The notes below the pieces were generated by a model. That model made no database searches and was not told the origin of the DNA. It saw only the letters and a program-made list of their open reading frames with translations. DNA of 64,000 nucleotides. Source: Bugula neritina. Lineage: Eukaryota > Animalia > Bryozoa. A program made the position numbers and the translations under genes. Below, one piece after another: positions 12,024-25,100 of the stretch. The DNA is taken from assembly GCA_964035545.1 (NCBI GenBank), contig OZ037766.1, positions 14,932,722-14,996,721 of the forward strand, written 5' to 3'. Positions within the stretch are counted from its first letter, which is position 1. Each line of letters opens with the position of its first letter.

Positions 12024-12636
12024 AAATTTTATTAGGTTTATTGAGTATGGTACGTTTGCTTAATTTAGTACAAACTAAGAAAAAAACAAGACGAAATTTA
12101 TTTTTGCTTGAAAATTGTAAAAGTTGCCTAATTGATGTATTTTGACCTGCGGAATTCAAATATATATGGGAAAAATTGATTTAAGGGGTCATCCAACAGT
12201 TCGAAGCAACGTCATACTGTTGAGGCCACAGCACTTTAAGTATGTATCACATGAATAATAGGTAAAAGGTATACTCAGAACAGAAAGATGACTAAACATT
12301 AGTTGAGGTGAGGGGGGTTGTCCATATGTATGACGTCACAAATATATAGTGTAAATGATTTACAAGTGCAGAGATTGTGTGAATATTTCAGGAACTAGTT
12401 TTTTTTAACAGACTATACTTTTATTTATTTTGCACATTAGCATATGCATTACAACTGGCATTATCTATTAACAAGTTGAAAAAATGTAAATGGAATTCCT
12501 ACAACCCAAAAAGAAATTTCTATTTTTTATAATTGTGCAAGTTATTGCAGTCTTCTTTAGCTGAATTCTTTAAGTTATCCTATCTCTGCTAAAATCTGTA
12601 GCTGCTATAAAACCTCAATTACACATCATTTTTTTA

Positions 12637-12878
12637 CCAGAGTTCTTGGCCGATCCGCTACTAGTTTTTATTGCAAAGCTAGAAAGACCTTGCTTAACTC
12701 AGCTACATATATAGCAGGCTACTGTTAGCTATTAAGCTGCTGCATAAAAGAATAGCCTTTATTTTAAGCTATTTATAGCAAGGTTGGTTGGTTGGTTGGT
12801 TGGTAAGCAAGATTGGTCACTGGTTGATTCCTGGTTTAAATGTTAGAAATAAAGATGAAATCCAACCTGTGGGCCTCC
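12637..12878 (-). mobile_element. Interspersed element with internal (GGTT)n, left copy of an inverted pair
   Basis: Reverse-complement match to 13716-14275, e.g. GCTGCTGCATAAAAGAATAGCCTTTATTTTAAGCTATTTATAGCAAGGTTGG is mirrored exactly. Confidence 0.75.
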
Positions 12879-13715
12879 AAAATGTATATGATTTTTACTG
12901 TTCTCTAAATAATTTCATTGGCTTGCAGGCAGCTATGTAAACAAATGCTTTTAAAGCATATACCTACTGTGTTTGACATTGATATTGTTTGACATTACAA
13001 ATTTATTCTATCTATTTTAATACATATCTTTATATTTGTGATAATATTTTTGCTAAAAATATTAGATAGTAGGGTAGCCTAGTTATTTTCATAGTACAGG
13101 TTTTTTAAGTATGTGAACATGTTAATACAAATGAGCCAGTGCCTTCATAAACTACAGGCATGTGTTCCAACCCATAATTTGGATCATTTAGATTTTAGTA
13201 AAACAGAGCTGGCTATTATAGCTAATCAATACCCAGGGCTGTATTGTATACGATTAGTATGTTTTTATTATTCTAAGAGTTGAAAGGTTAACAGATCTAA
13301 ACGAAGTGATGACAGCCAGCAAAACAAATGATTAGTGAGATTTATAATATGGCAGCTGCCAGCTTCAGCATTGCTTGATAACTAAAACCACAAAAAAGCT
13401 TTGAAGTTTCTTTTTCAAATTTATCAAGAAAAAGATTTTTTAAAAATTTCTGAAACTGCTAATATATGTGCTTGTGCCAAAATATTTATCTCAGAAAAAA
13501 TGAAACTCATGCTAGCAATAGTCTTCGCACAAACCTCAAATTTCTACTGATTTTATGTGCTTTCTTTCCATCTTGGAAACTCCCCATTGGGTGGGAGGAG
13601 ACAACTTCAAAATTATAAATGCCCCTGAAGGGACATGTGAAAAGGGTCTATTGTGGTTTCTGGTGCATATGTAGAGCCTGATGCTCATTTACCACTGAGC
13701 AAACTACTAGGCCGG

Positions 13716-14275
13716 AGAGGCGCATGAGTTGGATTTCATCTTTATTTCTAAAATTTGAACCAGGAATTAATCAGCGACCAATCTTGCCTGCCAAACTTTA
13801 CCAACCAACCATTACCAACCAACCATTACCAACCAACCATTACCAACCAACCATTACCAACCAACCATTACCAAACAAACAATTCCAACCAACCATTACC
13901 AACCATTACCAACCAACCATTACCAACCAACCATTACCAACCAACCATTACCAACCAACCATTACCAACCAACCATTACCAACCAACCATTACCAACCAA
14001 CCATTACCAACCAACCATTACCAAACAAACAATTCCAACCAACCATTACCAACCAACCATTACCAACCAACCATTACCAACCAACCATTACCAACCAACC
14101 ATTACCAACCAACCAACCAACCAACCAACCTTGCTATAAATAGCTTAAAATAAAGGCTATTCTTTTATGCAGCAGCTTAATCGCAAACAGTAGCATGCTA
14201 TATATGTAGCCGAGTTAAGCTGAGTCACTCTAGCTTTGCAATAAAACCTATTAGTGGACCAGCTACGAACCTTGG
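13716..14275 (+). mobile_element. Right copy of the inverted pair, with expanded internal repeat (possibly Helentron/DINE-1-like non-autonomous element)
   Basis: Homologous to 12637-12878 in opposite orientation. An internal tetranucleotide-derived array and no clear TSD fit the Helentron-associated elements, but the family assignment is inference. Confidence 0.7.
13799..14130. repeat. 14-bp minisatellite (ACCAACCAACCATT)n ending in (AACC)n
   Basis: About 22 tandem units. The variant unit CAAACAAACAATTC recurs near 13872 and 14022. Confidence 0.95.
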
Positions 14276-16175
14276 CCCAGATTAAGTGCAGTCCCCAAGC
14301 CCAGTCTAGTGCAAAAAAAACTTTATATATGGCTTACATGATTTGCAAAATAACTGACCCTATCTTTCTTCTGAATTGAATAATTTATATTAACTTCTAT
14401 AATTGAATGATTATTGTTAGGTCATTATGATTGCAATTCAATTATTTTAATATTTTTATAAATGAATGTTAGTGCTCAAAGTAATGTTTAAATTTAATGC
14501 TTAGTATTATAATAATGCATGTAGTACTTAGATTGCTAGCGCTGTCATAGGATAATAGTGATACTAATAGTAATAGGAATAACTGAGGCTAATATGTAGT
14601 CATCTACAAGTAGTAGAGCAACTGCAAGTATTCAGTAATATACTAATAGTTGTAGTATACTAATAGTAATATTGAATTTTATAGTTATACTTACATATTA
14701 TACTTGGAGTAATACTAAGTCTAAAATTGATAGTTATAGTCATACATATACTCCAAGTAAGAGTGAGAATTCAAGTAAGTCTAATAGCAACAGACAGCTA
14801 CTAATTATTAATAGCAAATAATTACAAGTTGTAGTCACTAACAGATTAACTGTCATAAAATACTCATCTAACTTACAGTGTAGTTTAATGGGAAGAATTA
14901 GAAATATTTTTTCATTTAATTTATTTGCAATTTATTTCATTTGCAATTTACTGAAACATTTTAAGTTACGAAATATTTGAATCTGATAAAAATGTGTTCA
15001 ATAATTACTACAAACAGTAAGCTTTAAGTTTTGATATATGGTCATCAGCACCGAAATGTTAGATCTAAATTTATACCTTCCAATTCTAGAATAAAACGTG
15101 TACTAATAAAGATACCTGATTCAAGAGTAACTCAAAATTTGACAAGTACTATAACTACCATTGAATTGATATGCAATATTCATTGGTTTCATGCCAAATA
15201 TGGCGGTTAGCTTTAGTATTTAAAAATGCAAAACAGTTTTGTAAGTTATCATAAAGTTATTCACAATTTATTTTAGTTTTAATGAGAGACATACATTATG
15301 CTTTTTTTACTTGCGTGAATATGCTTTTTAAAAATAAACAAGTAGCTTTGAAAGTACAGTGGTTTGGCAGATGTTAGAAAAGTTTTCTTTCAAAATTGAT
15401 TTCTCATTTCAACAATCAAACCTATTCAGTTCTTTGGAGTTGTCTTTCTGCCTAACTAATGCCTTTGGGCTTTATTTAGCCATGTAGAGCTTTTGGAAAA
15501 TTCATTTTTCATAATGACAGTAGTGACTCACTTTTTATGTTGCACCATTAGTGACATATGATTATTTAGTCTATTTTATAATCTTATGAAATACATTTGA
15601 TTTACTTGATTTTTTAAAATCATGTTAATATAATATTTTAAAGTATATTAGGTAATTTAAGATTCTACAACTTTTTGTGGAGCTTGTTGAATCTATAGTG
15701 AAACATGAATGAAACAATGTTTGAATCATCTGCAATGATTTTTAACTCTAGAAATAAAAGAAACTTGATGTGACTTCCTAGCATGAATAGCATTTAAATA
15801 TTTATTCATCTTCCCAAGTACACACTATTGACTTGAAGGGCAACTGCTCACAGGTGCATGCTTGTTGAGTGATAATATCAAGTAAAAGTATAAATTATAT
15901 GTATTGCTGGGCCTAATGTAATAGATTGGGTTTTTAGTTTGCATATAATCCATTGCAGTAAGTTTGTAGTTAACATTTGCTGCATTACATTTGTGTACAA
16001 CAGTTTGTATAACTCATGTTTGATAGGGGCTTACTTAATAGTATCTCAGAATAATTAGAGCTTGGATAATGCAGCAGCGTATTAGGTTACAGGTGAGCTG
16101 AAGGTACTCTATAGGCCTAATACTACATTTACATGTTTTACTTTTAGTTGGCTAATCACTGACTCACAATATAGA

Positions 16176-19100
16176 ATGGCTGGCGAGGCTAAGGAAGCAG
16201 AAGAAAGGTAACGTCTTGCCTAATTTATATCATACCTTATTGTATGTCTATATTTATGTTATTGATGTTCAGTTATTTCATTAGATAAATATATTAACGT
16301 AATAATACAATATTGGATAAATGCTGACTACCCGACATCTTGTTTCCATCATACTACATGCTAGTTTCATCATTGTTTACATTAAGGCTTATATAGTTTG
16401 AGGTTGTACACCTGCACTATGCTTATGCCAGTGTAAGCTCTACTTCACTAACTTGTCTGAACGCTGGGATTAAGTTTTACCAGAAGTTTTTCATCTGCAC
16501 CAGTATTGCTGCCATGGGAGGAGAGAGGCTGGGATGGGGTGTTATTTATTGAAAGGCATCTGCCAATCAGTACATGTGTAATACACAAGATCTTCAATAA
16601 TTAAAACATTGTATAGATTAGATGTATTGCATGGGTGGCATAAGCTAGCTATTCAATTAGCATTTTATTCAATCAGTGATTCTATTATAAGCTATAAATA
16701 TGTTGCGACAAAGAGGTTTAGATTTGTTTGGGCATTGGATTTGATAGGACACACAGTTAAGTGGAGAGTGAAACTTACTCTTGGATACATGTTAATAGTG
16801 GGGCTCAAAGATATCAAATTAAAATTGTATATAAAGTGTAGTGGCTAATGTGTGCTATATTCACACGGCGAACAAACAGTTGAAGTGTAGCTCTGAATAC
16901 GTCAATCGATTAAGAATGCAAAGCTATCAAACACAAAGTAATACTGCTAATGAACAACATCCAAAACTCTCCCAGGAGACTAACTTATGGAATAGAATAA
17001 AAAATCAGTTTAGTAAGACAGCTGATAGAGGAAGACAGCACAACACTGGTGGCAGACAGAAACAGACTCCTGTGATTTACATTGAACCTCATATAGAGGA
17101 CTCAAAGATGCAGAGAAGTAGACGGCATCAGCCCTATGAGGAAATGGATTCTACTCACTTATCTCCACACCATAGAGCATCTCAACCTCGTCTGAGTAAA
17201 CCAAATCAAAGTAAGTCCGATCAAATGTTGAGCCGTCTATTAAAAGATCAGCTCCAGTTAGCTTATAGTGATCACCAGAATAATGTGCGATGTGCTCAAT
17301 CTCATGAAGCCCTGATGCAGTTGCGTCATTCTCAGCCTCGTCTTGAACTGACACCATCTTCATCTCGTCCGGCTAGTCCCAATAGGAAATCAAAATCTCA
17401 AAATGCTAGTCCTAGCTTATCTCGACGGAGTCTCTCACCATTAAATCATCGACTGTTAGATGAAGGCTCAAGTGGATCAGAGAACAGTTTTGCTAGTAAC
17501 TATTCAGCACCTGTATATTACCAGGTAGGACGTTCAAGGTCTTGCAACACGTCTAGGACTCACTCACCCGACCACCGGATCCCTCAGTCGAATGGCTCAT
17601 CGAGGAAAGCTGCCAGGATCATGCGTCAGAGCTCTGTTGTATCTGGACACCAGGTGGCTAGAGACTCAAGTCAGCTCGTCAAACAAGCTCATATCAACAG
17701 ATTGTGGGAGTTTATTATAGGTGCCGTAAATGCTGCCCAATTGGAAGATTTTAGTGATAGTGACCCAAAACAGTGGTGGAGGAAATTGTTTCAAACACTG
17801 AAGTTGATGCATGGTAAAGGTGTGTATTTACCCTGTCATGTTTAGTAGTATGATCATTGGTTGTTTTGTTTAGAGGTGCTGTGATTGGCGAGACTGGAGA
17901 TCATGCAGAAGCTGGCAGTTCTGGAGATGATGGTGAAGTTATATTCTCATTATTAATATTTTGTTGATTGTTAGTTTCTGAATGTTTGTATGCGAAGAGT
18001 GTGCAGGCAAGTGATTTTCTATGAAAAATACAACTGAGTATAAAAACTTAGCTTTAGCTACTGGTTAACATAATTGCCTAAGAACTGTAAAATTTATACT
18101 GGTTAAAAAATTAAGCAATGATAATCTGACAAGATTTTTTAATGAAGAGGGAAGAAGGGTTAATGTTAATACACTCACTATCTCTCTGCTGCCTACTAAA
18201 ATAGATATTTCTTTCTTGGGCTCAACTCTTAATATAGTGAGATATTGAGATAATGTTCTTTCACCTTCACACATACCTCACCTTGATCTTCCCATTAACA
18301 GCACATTCCCCATGCTCTTGGAATGTAGACTATTTTCTATTCTATTTAGGCCCGATGCTTTAATTTCAGTTGTTGTGTTGTGTAATGTAAGTATTGCAAT
18401 AGGTATAGGGATATATTTTTGTATAATTTAGTCAATGCTAGTTTAGACTTGAAACTGTGCAGGGAATTGAATGATATAGTGTGTAGCTACTGACCAGGTG
18501 GGTTAGTTTTAGCTTCTGTAGAGTTTTGTAGGGTATGTTTATTCTCATGATTTTAAAGAAACTTTCTTAGAAACTTGGAATTTTAAAATGTTTTTAATTG
18601 AAGTTGTCGAGTGCTGATTTAAACTGTGCCTTAGTATTTTTAGGCACTGCAGCATATTAGATATAAGACTGGAAAGGTAGTTCGGATGGTTAGTCACCAT
18701 TTGAATAGCAGTACTAATTAATAGCTTTATGTAAACAGTGTATGTACACTTAATATTGGCTTAACATATATATATTCTTTTCATACAGCCTTCTAATATA
18801 AAATTCAAATGTTCAGCTCTATGACAAGTCAACAGTAGACGAATATTTTACTTATGCAGTTATAAAAATATTTTATTTTTCTCCTATTCATCAGCAATGT
18901 AACATCAGATGAATATTTGTTAAACAATTGCTTACTTTGATTAATAGTCTTCATTTTATAAATAATATATATACATAGGTGAATGTATAAAAATCTAGTT
19001 GGGATGACTAGTATCATCTAATAGCATCAGTACCACTTAATCTTGTGTTTTGCAGCAGCATACTGTATCTGCTAATTGGTGACTGTTGATTCAACATGTG

Positions 19101-22100
19101 TGGGTGGTATGCTATTGATTTGATAGCATCGCTTGCTTTCACCAGCTAACTATTGGTGATTGGGCTATTTATTGTATCGTATTATTGTATTATAATTTAT
19201 TATTGTATCAGTCACTAGGGTGTAATACAGTCTACTGACTATGAGTAATTATTTGAATGCTTCAACAAACACCTGTATGGTCTCATGATCTCATGATCTC
19301 ATGATCTCATGATCAACACTCTGGCTCATTTAATGCTTTTAAATTACGATATTGATCTTTCATAAGACACACACAGGTGTTGCATGACGTCACAGGTGTG
19401 CTACTTGTGCTATTATATAATATTGGGATTTTTATTACAATATTTTCTATTAACCAAATCTATAAAAAAAGGGATTGATTATAATTGTTTTTTCATTTTA
19501 AAATCTCTAAGATACCACATTTTCAGTCAACTAACAGTCAACATGGACACATGGAACCTGTACATTAGTGACCAGTTTGTGTCTGTCTGAAAGATTTTAC
19601 TATACACTTACATGGCAGTTATGTTGCTTAACTTTCTATACCACAAAGCATGTAAAGCTTAGTGAAAATGCTATCAAGAGACTCGACTTGCATGATTTAG
19701 GTGTTGTTACTTTCCCTCAGTGTACTATCTTCTCACAGTTTTCTGTGATCATCAACTATTACTATTATTGTAACAGTTACTATTGAGTGTGCTGTGTGTG
19801 ACCTAGGGTGTGTAATATTATTTGCTTCCATCTCTCTTTGCTATGAATTAAATGCACAGATCTTAACTTAACCTTGGCATTTGTAGCGAAGGCTAGTAAC
19901 ATAGCAGAGCAGCTGATGGGAAACCCGAAGGTGCTGGAAGCCATACAAAATAAGTTAGCTGGAATGGTGGGGGAACCTTCGGGTTATCTGGACAGGTAGG
20001 TAATGATTCTTGTATAAAAATGGTCAGGGATGCAATTTGTCCTATTGGTCTCTACTTTAGCAAATTTTATGTCACTTTGTTGACGATGTTGCCCTTCAAG
20101 TACAAATTCAAACTGCAGGACAAGAAATAAAACTTGAATTTTGCACAAACTCTATTCGATGCTTCATCTACTCTATTTTAATGTATGTAAACTCATTCCT
20201 AAAAGTCTACCGTCTGTATCATTTGTTTAATCATTGTAGGATAGCAATCGTGTCTTTGTTTTTTTAATATATATTAATTTTTGTTACTTAAAATTTTCGA
20301 CTATTTATTTATTTCTCAACAATATTTGTGTTTCAGTTTGCCCGAGTCTGTCAAAAAAAGGATTAAAGCATTAAAGAAGCTACAATTTGAGTGTACGAAG
20401 ATAGAGGCCGAGTTTTGTGAAGAAATACATAAACTGGAGTGTAAATTTGCCGAGAAATACAGACCTATATACCACAAAGTAAGTGCTGCTTCTATACAGT
20501 GCAGTGTCCCAGCATAATGTACCATGTGACCAGGTGTACCTTACTTAGGTTGTATAGACTCATCTGTGTCCTGTAGAGTATACAATGTCTGCATATGAAT
20601 ATAGTCTGCACCCTGTACCAAATTAGCATAGGGCTGTTAACCAGCAGACGGCAATGTGTTAATACTTTGCAGAGAAAGGAGATTATTGCTGGTCTGTATG
20701 AACCGGATGAGGGGGAATGTGATTGGCCGTCAGACGAGGAAGATGACGAAGAGGATGTTGAGAATGAGCAGAAAAATGGAGCTAAAAAGCTAAAAACTGT
20801 GGATGAGCCTTCAGAACCTACCAAAGGTATTGAGTATGTAGCAGTCGCGTAGTGGTGTATACAGACACACCCAGCAGGGGGTTGGGGAAGGGGGTGCGCA
20901 CTGCTGTTAATGTAATTCACCCCGTGTTCCACTTGTAGCCTGTTTTTACTATTTCCCAGGGATCCAGTCATTCTGGGCAACAACTTTTAAGAATGTTGAA
21001 CTACTGAATGGCATGATTCAGGAGCATGACGAGCCCGTACTAGATAGTCTAATGAACGTACAACTCGAGCTGAACTCTGACCCTATGGTAAGTTAGCTCA
21101 GTGAACTCTTTCTGAAAAAGATACCTGATATTTTGTTCCCAGTAATAGAGTTGAAATATGTAGTGTGCCCTTGAAATCCTGATACAACTTCAAACACTTA
21201 TTATTAAGCTAGTTTTCTTATGCATTCATATTTGTTTTATCTTCTTTACCGTAAGTGTAAGGGGAACAGTGTCTCTCCTTTTCAAAACTTGGTTTTTAGA
21301 TATTTTAAATTACAGTTTTTATGATATTCTTTGGATGAGTGTAATTTTGGTGCAGTCACAAATGAAAAGTTCCGATTATTTATCATTATAGTGCCAACAG
21401 ACGGTTTTTGAAACCTTAGCAAGTTACGTTCATATAACATAAAGGTTATGCACTGCCAGCTACAATTGATATATTTATAACACTTGACCTGTCTCATTGT
21501 GCTTTCCAAGTGCATTTAACCTGCTGTTGAGCTATTGATATTTTCTTCAGCCTTTTCAAGTGTAGATTGCCGCTTGGCTAATACTGCTAATCTCTTTTTT
21601 ATTCTCTCAAAAGAATGGTTGAGTTTTATTTAACATACTCTGAAACAAACATAACGAGGCTTTGACCAAACTGTATCATAAAGCTGTGACTATGTAGTTC
21701 TTTTCATTGGCGTTATGTGCAAACTTCAGTTTATTGGCCATTGCATTTCAGTTTGCTTAGCTGTGTGTTGGCAGAATCAAACATTATAAATGTATCGGTC
21801 CCATAATGTTGTGCCAAAATATCACACCTTTTTTTTTATACGGTACTACAGTTCAAAAAAAGGACATTTTGCACTCTAATCATTCGTTTGGTTTTCATTG
21901 ATATTGAAGTATTGAATATTTCATGTACAAAGTGTTAGATTTTGTATATTTTATGAACCTTTAGCTTTCTTTCTATTGAAACATACGCCATGTCTTTAAA
22001 GGGCTTCACATTGCTGTTTGAGTTCGATGAGAATGAATACTTCACAGACAAGGTGCTAACTAAAACGTATACAATGCAAAGCTCAGCTGATGAAAATGAT

Positions 22101-25100
22101 CCATTTGGGTTTGAAGGCCCGGAGATAATCTCTTGCAAAGGGTAAGTGGGGCAATACTTGGTTGTATGGGCTAGGTTTATGGCCCAGGTTTAGTTTGGCT
22201 AATGTTGAATATTACTAGTTGCTATTGCCTGTGGGTTAGAGCCGTGCTTTCAGAGTAGAAATTTGAATTACCATCTTTTACACTGACTGCTGTACAAGAC
22301 TGGATATTGATATAGATTTTGTGCTCTTCCATTTACCCTTTGGCTACGTGTATATTTAATATGCATATTTGTCTTGTTTATAGATACTACTGTTGGGTTT
22401 ATCTATTGGTGTAAAACAATTACTACCATTGCTACAAGTGATAATATCTTCATGAATACTAATGAGAGGATAACTCTGCAATATAATTCTCATGCCAGGC
22501 ACTGAATGTTTAAAAGGGCATAACAGGAGCATGTTGGATAAACAACTAAGAAGTTTACTATGATGCTGTTGAATAAATGAGCTTTTAAAGTATACAGCTG
22601 TAATAAAGAATGCATTTATGAAACGACAATGTTATAGGTGCTCCATTCATTGGAAAGAAGGAAAGAATGTAACTTTTATGAATATGAAAAAGAAGCAGAA
22701 GAATGCCAAGACTGGTAACATCAGGATAGTAACTAAGGAAGTGCAAGTCGACTCCTTCTTCAACTTCTTCTCTCCACCAGAAGGTGGGTCTGACGGCCAT
22801 ATTTTGTTTTTCCTTGTCACTCTGTAATTTATAGAATCTATGCTTTTCACTCGGGTGAATCACCTTTAACCTCTAGCATTAACGTAAAAGCCTAAAGAAT
22901 TTGTTCAACTGTAAGATGCATTTATATTCAAACTTGTTACTAAATTTCTGCATTAGAATTTATTAAAACACATGATTTTGTTGAACGTTTGGAATTGTAT
23001 AAATAGTAGGTTCATAATTCTTGATAAGAAATAGTAACTTGACAAATGAAGTAGCCAATCTTTTCAGATCTTTTAATACAAGAGCTTGTATTAAAGAACA
23101 TTTAACATACATAGGTCAGTATCTTGCGTAGATCAGTCCCTTGTGTGAGTTAGTCATTGTGTAAGTGTTGACCAATTTGAATTAAGAGATTTATGGCTGG
23201 AATTTCATAGAGAGGCGATTTTTTATTCAGCATAACCAATTAAATTCACAACATGTGTTGAACAATGAAAATGTGAAAATGGAATTGCCAACGTTTTGCA
23301 GCACCACAAAAGTGGAAATGGTTTGCTTTAGTCTCTTGAAATTTACTTGGGAAGATTTTTCTCAAAATTTCAGTTATTTTTTACTTGGTTGTAATATTAT
23401 CCCTCATGCGAGGGAACTCCCAATCATTTTTAAAGATTAAAATATTCCTAGAAGTTGTCTATTTCAAATGATTAAATGGGTTTTCGCTGGATGAAAAGTT
23501 AATAGTCTGAGTATAATTTATAGGCTGCTCATCAATTCTAAATCCTACTTTAGTTACTTCCATAGATGATTGATCGTAATCATTAGCTCAGCTGAAGCGA
23601 ATCCAATTGAATAACTAATTAAAAGAATAGTTTCCAAGTTGTTTTTAAGCTGAAAAGCTGAAGTATAATAAAGTTATATTATCCTGTTGCCAATTCTTCA
23701 TTCAACATTGAATTTTATTTACTATTGAGACATGGCTACCCTTGAAGGGATTCTCAGGTTGTGACATTGTGTGATGGAGTAAGCTAATAGCCTGCTCTCT
23801 CTTCTCTACATAGATTTGTCTGTCTGTACTGTATTACTTGTGTGTATACTGTAGTACATGTGTGTATACTGTAGTACATGTGTGAATACTGTAGTACGTG
23901 TGTGTATACTGTAGTACATGTGTCTGTACTGTAGTACATGTGTGTATACTGTATTACATGTGTGTATACTGTATTACATGTGTGTATACTGTAGTACATG
24001 TGTGTATACTGTAGTACATGTGCGTATACTGTAGTACATGTGCGTATACTGTAGTACATGTGCGTATACTGTAGTACATGTGCGTATACTGTAGTACATG
24101 TGCGTATACTGTAGCACATGTGTGCGTATACTGTAGCACATGTGTGTGTATACTGTAGTACATGTGTGTATACTGTGGTACATGTGTGTATACTGTGGTA
24201 CATGTGTGTATACTGTAGTACATGTGTGCATACTGTAGTACATGTGTGTATACTGTAGTACATGTGTGTATACTGTAGTACATGTGTGTATACTGTAGTA
24301 CATGTGTGCATACTGTAGTACATGTGTGCATACTGTAGTACATGTGTGTATACTGTAGTACTTGTGCGTATACTGTAGTACTTGTGCGTATACTGTAGTA
24401 CATGTGCGTATACTATAGTGCATGTGTCTGTCTGTGCTGTAGCTCATTTGATTGCTGCTGTAGTGCCCGAGGATCCCAGCGCAGAAATAGATGCAGATGT
24501 AGAAGCATTACTCCAAGCAGACTTCCAAATAGGACATTTCATTAGAGAAAGGATAGTGCCTCATGCAGTACTTTACTTTACTGGGGATATTGATACTGTG
24601 AGTAACACTTTGTGTTCATGTCGCTGGCTTATGAGTTTTAGTTTTTAATTTACATTCAAAAACTAGAACAAGTGTTAACTCATTATGATTTTATAAACTG
24701 GTTTATTATTTGGAGTTATCTTTCTTTAATATGCTTGTATTCCACTCATTGCAGATGAAATTGAACACCATCCAGGTGTTATTGTTATTTATGACTAGAG
24801 CTTTAGACTCATTAAAATAGTTCCAAATTCTCAACCTACTCCCATATATCAAATAATATTTATACTTGTAAATGGTTTTAGTGATAACATAGCTAAGCCT
24901 CCAGTTGTTCAATTTTATGTTTTGAAAAAAAGTCAATTTTCAAGTATGTGAATTCCTAGGGAATAATTAATGTGTCTATCTGTGTGTTGATTAACCCCTC
25001 TATGGTGATAACTGACTGCAGCTTACACCAGTACGCTTATACTCTAAAATGTGTCTATACTATATACTCTATAGTATGTCTATTCTTTATGGCATGTCTA

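Noticed and set aside
12182-12340. GGGGTCATCCAA...GAGGGGGG...TGACGTCACA, like one end of a TIR element; a similar end lies at 35541-35555
   Set aside because: No matching second TIR or TSD nearby, so it is too fragmentary to call.
13724-14153. ORFs with QPTITNQPLPTNHY repeats
   Set aside because: Translations of the 14-bp minisatellite in several frames, inside an interspersed repeat.
16093-16178. Acceptors directly before start codons, suggesting spliced-leader trans-splicing
   Set aside because: Ordinary cis donors exist upstream for NAP1 (16093), the orphan gene (1171) and AMPK exons A and B (28233, 36219), so 5'-UTR introns suffice. Only the ACOT13 donor is unlocated.
20316-22863. Minus-strand ORFs overlapping NAP1 exons
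   Set aside because: Antisense shadows of real coding exons with no independent protein signal.
23784-24447. Regular repeat array resembling CRISPR, and three long minus-strand ORFs
   Set aside because: The units are head-to-tail with no unique spacers, there are no cas genes and the context is a eukaryotic intron. The ORFs are translations of a stop-free repeat.
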